A DNA stretch of 64,000 bases from an uncultured Nitrospiraceae bacterium (GCA_963811165.1 CAWEQH010000004.1:640001-704000), one strand, 5' to 3'; counted from the first letter of the stretch, positions 23,846-33,921 are shown. The notes: generated by a model from the sequence alone, not told the origin. Made by a program: numbers and translations.

Positions 23846-23908
23846 AGTCGATGAAGTCACTGCCGCTCTGCATTTTTTTATATAACAAAGCCAGGGATAG
23901 GGAAGCGC

Positions 23909-25579
23909 TCAGTAGATCTGTGAATACTTTTTCATCTGAGGGCCTTTGTTCACCCGGGTATTGTCGAGGATCGTGCATGCCTCCATCAATAGATGCATGG
24001 TGTCGAGGGTGACGTTGACATCAGTGGTGGTCTGGCCATGAAGGATAAAGAAGTTTCCCTTCTCCCATTTGATGAGTTCGAAAAAGGCATCGGGGCCCTG
24101 CAGGCTTCCCGCCGAGGCGTGGACGATCTTTCCCCTCAGAAGATAGAGCAGCCCTTTTTGATCGTCCCGCGTTATCTCAACTTTTGCGGTCTTTAGCCCG
24201 AGACTCAATATCTGGATTATGTCGGTGAGGCTGAAGTCTTCCATATTTCCGGTGAGCCCCCTCGTCTCTTCCGGTTGAGCGGGTTCGGCCATGTTTAATA
24301 GGAGGCCCCTGATCTTTGCGGTTATCTGGTCTATCTGTATGGGTTTGACCACATACTCCACCTCTTGGTCAAAACGTTTGAGATACTCCCTGTCCGGAAC
24401 GAGAAGAAGAAAATGGCGGCCTGCCGTTACCGTCTGCCGGGCGGTTTGATAGAAGCGCATGAAGGTTTCAGCCTCGAGCGCGTCCGTGTCAGCGATGACG
24501 ACCTGCGGGTTCCTCTGCCTCATGCGGCTGATGGCCTCTATGCTGCTTGTTGCGTGTATTACCTCAATGTCGTCCGAAGCGGTGCCCAATTTTATCATTG
24601 CGGCGACATTGAGCTCCCGCTCGAAGATCAGGACGCGTTTTTTCAGGGTTGTCTCCGACGCCTCTTCATTAATAATCGAAAGGAACACCTCAACGACCTC
24701 AGGATCGAATTGGCTTCCCGCACTCTTTCTTATTTCGCCAATCGCCATGTCTTTTTGTAAGGCCCTTCTGTAGGGTCTGTCCGTGGTCATCGCATAATAT
24801 GCGTCAGCGACGTTGATGATCCTCGCCCCTATCGATATCTCCCTCCCCTTAAGTCCCATGGGATAGCCGCTGCCGTCATAGTGTTCATGGTGCTGGCTGA
24901 TAATGGAATCGAGGTTCCATGGGAACCTTACATGCCGCAAAATCTGCATCGTATGGATGGGGTGGGCCCTGATAGGGGTCAGTTCGGTCTGATCGAGTCT
25001 CTTCGTTTCTTCGAGTATCTGCTGGTGAATTACCACCCTTCCAAGGTCCCTCAGAAGTGCAGCCATGAGGATCGCTTCGACGATATTTTCTTCCAGTCCC
25101 ATCTTCTGCGCGATCTTGCCGGACAGTTCAGACACCATATGATCGTTATTAAAGAAATATCTGTCGTTGACGGCGAATATCTGCAGCAGCCTGTCGGCGA
25201 TCGCGTATGCGAATTTTTTTGTTTCCGAGAGCTCCCGGTAAAGTATGTTTTCGTTTCTCAGTGAATCGTTGATGAACTTAAGGAATTCTTCTATATCCAC
25301 AGAGAAGTCTTTATCTGTGCGAGTGAAAGGAGAGGTAAACGTGACGCTGACCCCGGGCTTTATTTTTTCAACAAGTGCCTTGAACTCCTTTCTGTCGAGC
25401 CCTGGAAGTTCTTTTCCGACCAGTATGACGCCGATGTTCTGCTTTTGGAGCAGATGGAGGGCCTCCAGTGCGTCTGAGGTGTCGTATACCCTGTTGTCCT
25501 CGGTCTTCATAAGGATGCTGAGCGCCCGCCTCTCCTGCTCATCCTTGTTGAAGATAAGTATGCCTATGGATTCAGCCAT
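23909..25579 (-). CDS. REC-like / HD-GYP / REC-like / DUF4388 signalling protein
   Basis: HHEHYDGSGYP, DAYYAMTTDRPYR, GSQFDP; C-terminal LTGNMEDFSLTDIIQIL...G.IVHA (DUF4388). Confidence 0.85.
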   Translation of the reverse strand: MAESIGILIFNKDEQERRALSILMKTEDNRVYDTSDALEALHLLQKQNIGVILVGKELPGLDRKEFKALVEKIKPGVSVTFTSPFTRTDKDFSVDIEEFLKFINDSLRNENILYRELSETKKFAYAIADRLLQIFAVNDRYFFNNDHMVSELSGKIAQKMGLEENIVEAILMAALLRDLGRVVIHQQILEETKRLDQTELTPIRAHPIHTMQILRHVRFPWNLDSIISQHHEHYDGSGYPMGLKGREISIGARIINVADAYYAMTTDRPYRRALQKDMAIGEIRKSAGSQFDPEVVEVFLSIINEEASETTLKKRVLIFERELNVAAMIKLGTASDDIEVIHATSSIEAISRMRQRNPQVVIADTDALEAETFMRFYQTARQTVTAGRHFLLLVPDREYLKRFDQEVEYVVKPIQIDQITAKIRGLLLNMAEPAQPEETRGLTGNMEDFSLTDIIQILSLGLKTAKVEITRDDQKGLLYLLRGKIVHASAGSLQGPDAFFELIKWEKGNFFILHGQTTTDVNVTLDTMHLLMEACTILDNTRVNKGPQMKKYSQIY

Positions 25580-25859
25580 TTTTCCTCATAAAATATAAGA
25601 CCTTGCCCCAGCATATCTCCACCCCTTCTTTAACAATTTATACATAATTTTGGAATATTAGTCAAGATTAAATTGCAGTGGGGCGGGCTTTGATGGCGGG
25701 ATAGTGGTCAGTTTGAATTTGTCGGGTATTGCCAGGCTTGAGCGGACATATTACGCTAAGGCATTGAAAAAATGCATATTCCGACCAATGAGACGAGAAC
25801 AGAAAATGGCATTATTGAATAACAATGTGGAAACTCAAGTGCCTAAATGCACGGTAAAG

Positions 25860-27263
25860 TCATCTACCGAGTCCGGCCATAAATTGCTCCAAGGAATTGA
25901 TCAAATCCTCATTCAGTTCGATGAACATCAGGCCCGCTTCGTAACGGATTGCTCTTTGATCCGGCGTAGAAACTCCGCCCATTAACGAAGACCAGACGAC
26001 CAGGCCCTTCAAGGATATTTCTTTATCGACGTCGACAAGTATCCTTATGTTATAAATCGTATTCTTCGTCAACCGCTGCGAGGTTCTGACGGAGATTCCG
26101 CCCGGGCTGATATCCCTTATCATGTGGCTGCCCCACACGACAAGCTCCGCAGGCTGCCCGTCGGTCCTGTAACGTTCGTAAAGCCTTTCTTGGATTTTCC
26201 TTCCCTTTGATGACGGCCTTCCGTCTCCCTTATGGGCGGAATTTTTATGTTCATACATCAACTCATCTGCTTCATCGAGAAGCTCTTCGACCGGGCATGG
26301 CCGTTCGGGATCGTAATACACCATGCCCATGCTGACAGAAAGCTTATATCCCCTTTTCGTCTCACTATTACAGGCATTTAGATTATCGTGGATATGTTGA
26401 GCAACGGTCTCCTCGGTCGTCACGTCCGAAATGTCTGCAAGAAGAATAGTAAACTCATCTCCTCCGATCCTTGCTATAATGTCAGCCTTTCTGAAAGTCC
26501 TCTTCAGCACGTGTGAAATATCAATTAAGGCCCTGTCGCCTTCCCTGTGTCCGAATTCATCATTGATCTTCTTCATCCCGTTGAGGTCCAGAAAAAGAAT
26601 CGCGAACGTCTTCTTGTTTCTTTCGGCAAGCTCAAAATGTTTCTGAGCGAGAATCAGAAATCCCCGGCGATTGAGGAGTCCGGTCAGTTCATCTGTGATG
26701 GAAGCAGCGTGCAGTTTCTCCTCAAGTTTGGTGCGCTCGGCCAGTTCGAGTTGGAGCTTCTCATTCACCATGTTCAGTTCTGCTGTCCTCTCCTTCACCA
26801 GTTCCTCCAGGTGCTTCCGGTATCTCTCCAATTCCTTCTCTGCCTGCCTGAGCCTGGTCTGTTCCTCGACCTCGAGTAATGCCCGCCTTATTGCGGTTGC
26901 GAGACGGGACAGTCTGTCTTTGAGGACATAATCCGTCGCTCCCTGCTTGAGTGTTTCAATCGCACCCTCTTCACCGATTACACCGGAAACAAAGATGAAC
27001 GGCACCTCAGGACACGTTTCCTTCGCCATTTTCAATGCTGAAAGGCCATCAAACAAAGGCAGTGAATAATCTGCCAGAATCAGGTCAAAACCGTCCCGTC
27101 TGACCGCCGCTGCAAAATCCTCCCTGGTCTCGACACGCACCAAATCACATTCGATACCCTCCCTGAGAAGGCAGATATGAATGAGCTCGGAGTCGTCCTG
27201 GCTGTCCTCAAGATTGAGGATACGCAACTTATGTTTCATATCGTTGTTGTCCATGTATTGCAC
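25860..27263 (-). CDS. REC-GGDEF-PilZ diguanylate cyclase
   Basis: LEDS...LADY REC domain, DELTGLLNRR, RKAD I-site, GGDEF, then RLYER and DISPGG PilZ motifs. Start uncertain. Confidence 0.9.
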   Translation of the reverse strand: MQYMDNNDMKHKLRILNLEDSQDDSELIHICLLREGIECDLVRVETREDFAAAVRRDGFDLILADYSLPLFDGLSALKMAKETCPEVPFIFVSGVIGEEGAIETLKQGATDYVLKDRLSRLATAIRRALLEVEEQTRLRQAEKELERYRKHLEELVKERTAELNMVNEKLQLELAERTKLEEKLHAASITDELTGLLNRRGFLILAQKHFELAERNKKTFAILFLDLNGMKKINDEFGHREGDRALIDISHVLKRTFRKADIIARIGGDEFTILLADISDVTTEETVAQHIHDNLNACNSETKRGYKLSVSMGMVYYDPERPCPVEELLDEADELMYEHKNSAHKGDGRPSSKGRKIQERLYERYRTDGQPAELVVWGSHMIRDISPGGISVRTSQRLTKNTIYNIRILVDVDKEISLKGLVVWSSLMGGVSTPDQRAIRYEAGLMFIELNEDLINSLEQFMAGLGR

Positions 27264-27435
27264 TGTGAGGGATGGCTCACAACCGCCGCGCTCTGGGCCG
27301 TTATCCTTTAAAGACTTGCCGGTTTATTTTAAATTTACCACAAATGCTGTTTACTATCCAGAACTCAGTAGACAATTATTAACAGGCTTCAGTACTGTCC
27401 GGTTAAATTAGGACACTATCGGCGAGGGGTCGAGC

Positions 27436-27464
27436 TTGACAAGATTCTCCATATGAATTACATT
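27436..27464 (+). promoter_or_regulatory. sigma70 promoter of tpiA (near-leaderless)
   Basis: TTGACA-N17-TACATT, 8 nt before ATG 27473, with no SD. Confidence 0.7.
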
Positions 27465-27472
27465 AATTGTTC

Positions 27473-28222
27473 ATGAAGAGGTATTTTATCGCTGCCAACT
27501 GGAAGATGAATAAGACCGTCCCTGAGACCAGGGAATTTATTCGCTCGTTTGTCCCTCTTGTAAAGGACGCAAAGGACGCGGACATCATTATCGCCCCGCC
27601 TTTTACCGCGCTGGCCGCTGCTTCCGAGGGGCTAAAGGGAACGAATATCGGGCTTGCCGCACAGGATATGTTCTGGGAAGAGAAAGGCGCTTATACGGGC
27701 GAGGTCTCTCCTCTTATGCTTATAGATGCGGGCTGCACGCATGTGATTATCGGGCACTCGGAGAGGAGACAGTTTTTTTCCGAGGAAGACGCCATCGTCA
27801 ACAGGAAGGTGCGGGCCGCAAAAAGAGCGGGGCTCGGTGTGATATTTTGTTGCGGGGAGTCCCTTGAGGAAAGAGAGGCAGGCAAGACCTTTGACGTAAT
27901 AAAAAGAGAGGTCGAGGCGGGACTCGCGGAGGTCGGACCGGATAATCTGGTGGTCGCGTACGAGCCCATCTGGGCAATAGGTACGGGCAGGACAGCCACT
28001 ACGGAGCAGGCCCAGGAGGTCCATGCCTTTATCGGCAAGACACTCACGAATTTATATGGAAATGATGCAGGCGAAATGCGTATAATATACGGCGGCAGCG
28101 TCACACCGGATAATGTCAATGCGCTAATGGCCTGCAAGGACGTGTTCGGGGCGCTTGTCGGCGGCGCAAGCCTCAAGCCGGAAAGCTTTGCGCGGATCGC
28201 ACTTTTTAAGAAGGAGAACTGA
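27473..28222 (+). CDS. tpiA: Triosephosphate isomerase
   Basis: ANWKM, GAYTGEVS, GHSERR, AYEPIWAIGTG, YGGSV, LVGGASL. Confidence 0.98.
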   Translation: MKRYFIAANWKMNKTVPETREFIRSFVPLVKDAKDADIIIAPPFTALAAASEGLKGTNIGLAAQDMFWEEKGAYTGEVSPLMLIDAGCTHVIIGHSERRQFFSEEDAIVNRKVRAAKRAGLGVIFCCGESLEEREAGKTFDVIKREVEAGLAEVGPDNLVVAYEPIWAIGTGRTATTEQAQEVHAFIGKTLTNLYGNDAGEMRIIYGGSVTPDNVNALMACKDVFGALVGGASLKPESFARIALFKKEN

Positions 28223-28629
28223 TGTTTACATTATTTTTGATCATTCATATTATAGTCTGCTTTTTTCTTATCTTTATCGTCTTGATCCAGAGCGGAAAAG
28301 GCGCTGAATTGGGCGCCGCCTTCGGGGGGTCCAGCCAGACGCTTTTCGGGGCGCGCGGCGCTGCGACTGTGTTTAGTAAGCTGACTACCATCGCTGCGGT
28401 AGTCTTCATGATTACCTCGCTTTCGCTTGCGATGATTGAGGCAAAGGGCGGATCAGTTGTCAAAAGAAGCTCTGTAACAGATCAGCGCAAAAGCCTTCCC
28501 CAGATGCCTGGGGCGCCGTCAGGCCCTATCCAGGGCGCACAGCCAGTGCTTCCGGCGAAACCAGGGATGCCCGCAGCACCTTCACAGCCGGCCGGGAATG
28601 CGCCTGTGCCTGCGGCACCTTCTAAGTAA
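28222..28629 (+). CDS. secG: Preprotein translocase subunit SecG
   Basis: Two TMs, LIQSGKGAELGAAFGG, Pro-rich tail; tpiA-secG synteny. Confidence 0.95.
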   Translation: MFTLFLIIHIIVCFFLIFIVLIQSGKGAELGAAFGGSSQTLFGARGAATVFSKLTTIAAVVFMITSLSLAMIEAKGGSVVKRSSVTDQRKSLPQMPGAPSGPIQGAQPVLPAKPGMPAAPSQPAGNAPVPAAPSK

Positions 28630-28754
28630 GGCGCGTCGGTAATCGGCACACCTGCTTTTTGTAACGGGGGCATTCTGCTGATGCATCAGGACAGGGTGTT
28701 TTCGCCGGGTGGAATTGTGCGGGCAGTAACGAGTTAGTTTCAGGGACTGGACGA

Positions 28755-29174
28755 TTATTCCGTTAAATGACTTTCCGGGTCTAGGCGAAGATCTTCGAAA
28801 TTCTTTTTTTTCAGGATCTGTTCGACTTGTTTTCTGATCTCGACCCACACGGGATGGATGGCACAGGAGCTACTGCGTTCGCAGAGGGCTTCATCAATGG
28901 CGCAAATGTTCATGGCGACCGGGCCCTGGACGGCTTCGATCACTTCCAGCAGGCTAATCTCCTTGGGAGCACGCGCGAGTATGAAGCCCCCTTTAACGCC
29001 TCTGAAAGATTTTACCAGTGAGACTTTGCCGAGCCTCTGCAGGATCTTCGCGAGAAAACTCTTAGGAATGTTCATCTCCTTCGAGATCTCATCTACCATC
29101 GTGACACCGCCTTTTTTGCCGGACAGGTAATATACACACCGTATCGCATAGTCTGTCTCACGAGTGATCTGCAT
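28755..29174 (-). CDS. Rrf2-family transcriptional regulator (three Cys, probable Fe-S)
   Basis: TRETDYAIR, FLAKILQ, SFRGVKGGF, C-x6-C-x5-C. Confidence 0.92.
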   Translation of the reverse strand: MQITRETDYAIRCVYYLSGKKGGVTMVDEISKEMNIPKSFLAKILQRLGKVSLVKSFRGVKGGFILARAPKEISLLEVIEAVQGPVAMNICAIDEALCERSSSCAIHPVWVEIRKQVEQILKKKNFEDLRLDPESHLTE

Positions 29175-29196
29175 AGTTCATCTCTCTTTCAACTGC

Positions 29197-29224
29197 AGGG
29201 GGCGGCAATATTGCCGCTCCCCCT
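29197..29224. repeat. Intergenic GC-rich hairpin between cydB and the Rrf2 gene
   Basis: AGGGGGCGGCAA TA TTGCCGCTCCCCCT. Confidence 0.6.
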
Positions 29225-29234
29225 CAAGACTTAA

Positions 29235-30263
29235 TTAATATGCATCATTACGACCTGATACATCCTGGGCGGTAGTCCTGTGCCTGAACACCCTATATAT
29301 CCATATCTGATATGAGATAACGATCGGGACGAAGAGTAAAGCCACAACGGTCATGATCTTCAAAGTATACACGCTCGATGAAGAATTGTATATTGTCAGG
29401 CTGTGGGCCTGGGAGATGCTGGAGGGGATAAGGTTTGGGAAAAGGCCGATCACACCCGTAAACGTAACGGTCACTATAGTAAGGCAGGAGGCATAAAAGG
29501 CCTTCAGGTAGTCCTCCTTGCCTGCGAAAATTCTTATAAGAAGGAGAGAGGCCACGGCGACTATGGGGACGATAAGCAAGATCGGATTACTCAGATAGTT
29601 TGCGTAGAGTTGCGTGGCGAAATAGGTATATACAAGAAAGCCTACTGCAACGACGAGGAGCAAGACCCAGAGCTTTTTTGCAAGTCCCCCGGTGCGCTGT
29701 CTGAGATCATCCGGGGTCTTCAGCGCCAGCCAGAGCGAGCCGTGGACGAGGAAGAGCAGGACGAACAGGGCTCCGGTAAGCAGACCGTAGGGGTTAAGGA
29801 GTGAAAACAAACTCCCATGATATCCGTCGCCGTCCATGGGAAGGCCCTGAAAGATATTTCCGAAGGCAACTCCAAAGAGAAGGGCGGGAAGGAAACTCCC
29901 CAGAAATATTGCCGCGTCCCAGCCTTTTCTCCATCCCGGTGCGTCAACTTTGGACCTGAACTCGACTGCAACGCCCCTAAAGATCAGCGCGAAAAGAATC
30001 AGGAGCAGGGCGGAATAGAGATAACTGAACATGAGGGCGTACGTAGTAGGAAAAGCGGCAAAGGTGGCGCCTCCCGCAGTGATGAGCCATACTTCGTTTC
30101 CATTCCAAAGGGGCCCGATGGTATTTAGCACCATCTTTTTTTCAGATTCATCTTTTGCAATAAAATTGTGCAGTATCCCTGTCCCCAAATCAAAGCCGTC
30201 GAGCATGAAATATACCGCCCAGAGCACGCCCCAAAGAATAAACCATATTATCTGAAATGCCAT
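29235..30263 (-). CDS. cydB: Cytochrome bd oxidase subunit II
   Basis: LDGFDLG, GPLWNGNEVWL, FAAFP, RGVAVEFR. Confidence 0.96.
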   Translation of the reverse strand: MAFQIIWFILWGVLWAVYFMLDGFDLGTGILHNFIAKDESEKKMVLNTIGPLWNGNEVWLITAGGATFAAFPTTYALMFSYLYSALLLILFALIFRGVAVEFRSKVDAPGWRKGWDAAIFLGSFLPALLFGVAFGNIFQGLPMDGDGYHGSLFSLLNPYGLLTGALFVLLFLVHGSLWLALKTPDDLRQRTGGLAKKLWVLLLVVAVGFLVYTYFATQLYANYLSNPILLIVPIVAVASLLLIRIFAGKEDYLKAFYASCLTIVTVTFTGVIGLFPNLIPSSISQAHSLTIYNSSSSVYTLKIMTVVALLFVPIVISYQIWIYRVFRHRTTAQDVSGRNDAY

Positions 30264-30264
30264 C

Positions 30265-31617
30265 TTACACCTCCTCAGTCCGCGGGGACCGGACCATTGC
30301 CGAAAGGTCGTTGTCCGGGCCTTTCTTGGCGGTTGTGGTAAGAAGATATATGTCCACTACGGCCAGCAGGCCGTAAACCAGTGTGAACCCCACCAATGAG
30401 GCCCATACCTGAGCGCTGCTTACGGCCTTCGACACGGCATCCGAGGTCTTCAGCACTCCGTATACAATCCAGGGCTGTCGTCCGACCTCGGCCACTATCC
30501 ACCCGAGCTGACCGGCAATATAGGGCAGGGGCAGTGCATAGAGGACCAGTTTGAGAAAAAGAGGGCTGGTCTCCAGGCGGCCTGTGTGTGAAATGAAGAC
30601 AGCTATTGCGGTAAGCAAAAGAAATAATGCACCCAGTGCGGTCATTGCTTTGAAACTCAGAAAAGTCGACATCACGGGCGGCCGGTATTCTTTTGAAAAG
30701 TCCTTGAGCCCCTTGACCTCAGCCTGGCTGTTATGGAATGCCATAAAGCTAAGCATCTTCGGCACCCCGATAGCCTCTATGGTATTTCTTTCATTTGCTG
30801 TGTCCGGCAGGGCCAGGAAATAATATGGGGCTTCCTTCTGGGTATTCCAGACCGCCTCCATTGCAGCGAACTTCGTAGGCTGGGTCTTGGCCACCTCTGA
30901 GGCGTGGAAATCACCGACGGCGAATACCAAAATGGAGCTGAGCAGGCCGAAGATCGATGCTATCTTAAAAGAGGACCTGAAAAAATTAAATTCGCTTTTT
31001 TTCAGGAGGTGATAAGCGGAGATGCCCATCACGAAGAAGGCGGCTATCACATACCCAGAAAAAAGGGTATGAAAGAATTTGAGCCACCCATAGGTGTTTG
31101 TGATAAGCGCGGTAAAGTCCACCATCTCGGCCCTGTTGTTTCTGAGGACATAACCCACGGGGTGTTGCATCCAACCGTTTGCCAATAATATCCAGAGGGC
31201 CGAGAGATTGGTGGCAATCGCGACAAGCCAGATCGACAGCGCATGTGCCTTCGGTGATATTTTTTTCCATCCGAATATCCATAATCCGATGAAGGTTGAC
31301 TCCAGGAAAAAGGCGACCGTTGCCTCTATCGCAAGAGGGGCGCCGAAGATGTCGCCTACATATTTGGAGTATTCCGCCCAGTTCATGCCGAACTGAAATT
31401 CCATCGTAATACCTGTTACGATCCCCAAAGCGAAATTAATGAGAAATAATTTCCCCCAGAATTTCGTCATCCTCAGATACATCTCATCTCCTGTGGAGAC
31501 ATAACGGGTCTCCATGAATGCCACCAGAATAGAAAGCCCGAGGGTGAGAGGGACAAAGATGAAGTGAAACATGCTTGTGACTGCAAACTGTAGCCTGCTT
31601 AATGCCAAGGCGTCCAT
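30265..31617 (-). CDS. cydA: Cytochrome bd oxidase subunit I
   Basis: RLQFA..FHFIFVP, MEFQFG, FFLES, QPTKFAAME, GWIVAEVGRQPW; SD GGAGG before ATG 31617. Confidence 0.96.
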   Translation of the reverse strand: MDALALSRLQFAVTSMFHFIFVPLTLGLSILVAFMETRYVSTGDEMYLRMTKFWGKLFLINFALGIVTGITMEFQFGMNWAEYSKYVGDIFGAPLAIEATVAFFLESTFIGLWIFGWKKISPKAHALSIWLVAIATNLSALWILLANGWMQHPVGYVLRNNRAEMVDFTALITNTYGWLKFFHTLFSGYVIAAFFVMGISAYHLLKKSEFNFFRSSFKIASIFGLLSSILVFAVGDFHASEVAKTQPTKFAAMEAVWNTQKEAPYYFLALPDTANERNTIEAIGVPKMLSFMAFHNSQAEVKGLKDFSKEYRPPVMSTFLSFKAMTALGALFLLLTAIAVFISHTGRLETSPLFLKLVLYALPLPYIAGQLGWIVAEVGRQPWIVYGVLKTSDAVSKAVSSAQVWASLVGFTLVYGLLAVVDIYLLTTTAKKGPDNDLSAMVRSPRTEEV

Positions 31618-31730
31618 ACCCTTACCTTCCTCCTTTTGTTTGCTACGAACCGGTTGTCTTTCCAATACCATGTTCCCACGAAATTGGTCCAATTACAATT
31701 TTGCGGGAACTTGATATTGCCCCTAAACAA

Positions 31731-31763
31731 GACTATAATAGTCCTAAATAGATCTGTTGTCAA
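31731..31763 (-). promoter_or_regulatory. cydAB promoter with an inverted repeat overlapping the -10 element
   Basis: Minus-strand TTGACA-N17-TATTAT; GACTA-N3-TAGTC at 31731-31743. Confidence 0.65.
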
Positions 31764-31958
31764 TTAAAATTTCAATTAGTGTTCATACTGAAAATTTTGA
31801 AAGGTAAAAAATATAAATATATCGGGGAGATAATCTATCTTGATTTGGAGAGCAGAGGATATTCATAAAGGAGACGGCAATGCATTAACCGAGGTACTAT
31901 CGGGCACTACTATTTCATAGTAGAATTTATTTAGAACACAAAATAAGGAGGAGCGGTT

Positions 31959-32570
31959 ATGGGAGAACAATGCTGCGGATTAAGGGTGGGAGATACTGTC
32001 CCGGATTTTAAAATGGATACCTGGGAGCCTGAAAAGGGCGACTTCGGCGAGGTCAGTTTTCAGGCATTGAAGGACCAAAAAAAATGGACGGTCATGTTTT
32101 TCTATCCGGCCGATTTTACCTTTGTCTGAGCCACCGAATTTGCGGCTCTGGCAGAGCTGCACGCGAAGTTCAAGGAGGAAGGGGCGGAGATTGTGACAGT
32201 CAGCACGGACACGAAGTTCGTCCATCTTGCCTGGCAGAGGGAAGAGAAGATGCTCGAAAAGACCAAATTTACGATGGCGTCCGATCCTACCGGGAAGGTG
32301 TCGCGCATGTTTGGTGTGTATGATGAGGCAACGGGCCTTGCGTTAAGGGGAGCATTCGTAATAAGCCCGGAGGGGAAGCTGTTTAATTCGGAGGTGAATT
32401 ATTACAATCTCGGAAGAAATATCGAGGAACTATTGAGAAAAGTGAAGGCCGATATCTACCTCGGTGAGCATGGTGATGAGGCCTGTCCGGTAAAGTGGAA
32501 AGAAGAAGGGGACAAGACATTAAAACCGACTGCGGAGATGGTCGGAAAGGTATACGAAGCATTGAAGTGA
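31959..32570 (+). CDS. Selenocysteine-containing peroxiredoxin (AhpC/Prx1 type), in-frame UGA at 32127-32129
   Basis: SD AAGGAGG and ATG 31959. The frame reads ...FFYPADFTFV-UGA-ATEFAAL..., placing UGA at the peroxidatic Cys, and continues into ORF 32193-32570 (GRNIEE, EACP). Confidence 0.9.
32141..32161 (+). promoter_or_regulatory. Putative bacterial SECIS hairpin
   Basis: TGCGGCTCT-GGC-AGAGCTGCA stem-loop starting 12 nt after the UGA, with G in the apical loop. Confidence 0.7.
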
Positions 32571-32585
32571 TTTTCCCGCCAAACT

Positions 32586-32637
32586 GCCGCAGGGTATTTT
32601 TCATCGGTGAAAATGCCCTGCGGCCTTCGTTTTCTTT
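32586..32637 (+). terminator. Probable terminator after the peroxiredoxin
   Basis: GCCGCAGGGTATTTT...AAAATGCCCTGCGGC stem followed by a T-rich tract. Confidence 0.6.
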
Positions 32638-32690
32638 AATCTCCCCAAATGTGATAACATATCAAAAAATATTTCTTGAGAGGGAGATAC

Positions 32691-33884
32691 ATGCTGTCTG
32701 ACAGGGCTGGAAAAATTAAACCTTCACCTACACTCGCCATTGATTCAAAGGCGAAGTCCATGAAGGCCTCCGGAGTCGATGTGATAAGTTTCGGAGTGGG
32801 CGAACCGGACTTTGACACACCGGAAAATATAAAGGAAGCGGCCGCCAAGGCGATGAAGGACGGTTTTACGAAATATACCGCAGTGGGCGGGATCGATCCC
32901 CTCAAGGATGCGATAATCGACAAGCTGCAAAACGACAACGGCCTTTCCTACAAACGGGAAGAGGTTATCGTCTCTACAGGGGCGAAACATTCTCTTTATA
33001 ATGTTGCGCAGGCACTTTACGGACCGGGAGATGAGGTGTTGATCCTTTCACCCTACTGGGTCTCTTATCCGGACCAGGTCATGCTGAATGATGCAACCCC
33101 TGTTTTTGTGAAAACATATGAGGCGGACTCCTTTATGGCAAGACCCGAGGCGCTCGAGGAAAAGATAACAAAAAAAACAAAGGCCCTGATACTGAATTCT
33201 CCTTCGAACCCCACAGGGATGATCTACGACAGAAAGACCCTCGAAAAGATAGCCGAGTTGTCTCTCAAATATAATTTTTATATTGTCTCGGATGAGATTT
33301 ATGAAAAACTCATCTACGGAGAGGCTGGACATATAAGCATTGCCTCTTTGGGCGAAGAAATGAAAAGGAAGACGATCGTCATAAACGGTCTTTCGAAATC
33401 CCATGCAATGACCGGTTGGCGAATAGGATACGCCGCCGGCCCGGCCAATATCGTCAAGGCGATGACGAACATCCAGAGCCAGTCTACCTCCAACCCGACG
33501 TCGATCGCGCAAAAAGCGGCTGTCGAGGCGTTGAGGGGGCCTCAGGATTTTGTCGGAACAATGCGGGCCGAGTTCGACAAAAGAAGACGCTATCTTGTTG
33601 AGGAACTGAATAAGATACAGGGGATGACCTGCATCATGCCTCAAGGCGCTTTTTATGCGTTCCCCAATACCTCCCGCCTTTATGGGAAGAGGTTCGGAGG
33701 CCGGGAGATAGCGTCCTCGGTGGACCTTGCGCTTTACTTCCTTGATGAGGCGAATGTTGCCCTTGTCCACGGCTCGGCGTTCGGGGACGACGAGTATGTC
33801 CGGCTTTCCTACGCAACGTCTCTTGAGGACATCAGAAGAGGGGTGGGAAGGATAAAAGAGGCGGTGGGCAAGCTTACGCCATAG
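32691..33884 (+). CDS. Class I PLP-dependent (aspartate) aminotransferase
   Basis: GEPDFDTP, GAKHSL, NSPSNPTG, SDEIYE, SKSHAMTGWRIG. Confidence 0.93.
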   Translation: MLSDRAGKIKPSPTLAIDSKAKSMKASGVDVISFGVGEPDFDTPENIKEAAAKAMKDGFTKYTAVGGIDPLKDAIIDKLQNDNGLSYKREEVIVSTGAKHSLYNVAQALYGPGDEVLILSPYWVSYPDQVMLNDATPVFVKTYEADSFMARPEALEEKITKKTKALILNSPSNPTGMIYDRKTLEKIAELSLKYNFYIVSDEIYEKLIYGEAGHISIASLGEEMKRKTIVINGLSKSHAMTGWRIGYAAGPANIVKAMTNIQSQSTSNPTSIAQKAAVEALRGPQDFVGTMRAEFDKRRRYLVEELNKIQGMTCIMPQGAFYAFPNTSRLYGKRFGGREIASSVDLALYFLDEANVALVHGSAFGDDEYVRLSYATSLEDIRRGVGRIKEAVGKLTP

Positions 33885-33921
33885 AGGCGGGAAGCACGTT
33901 TACCCTTTTGTCAGGAGACAG

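Noticed and set aside
28630..28754. tRNA gene often found after secG
   Set aside because: No cloverleaf or T-loop consensus found.
31959..32570. Peroxiredoxin as a nonsense pseudogene
   Set aside because: The only stop is a UGA exactly at the catalytic residue, followed by a SECIS-like hairpin.
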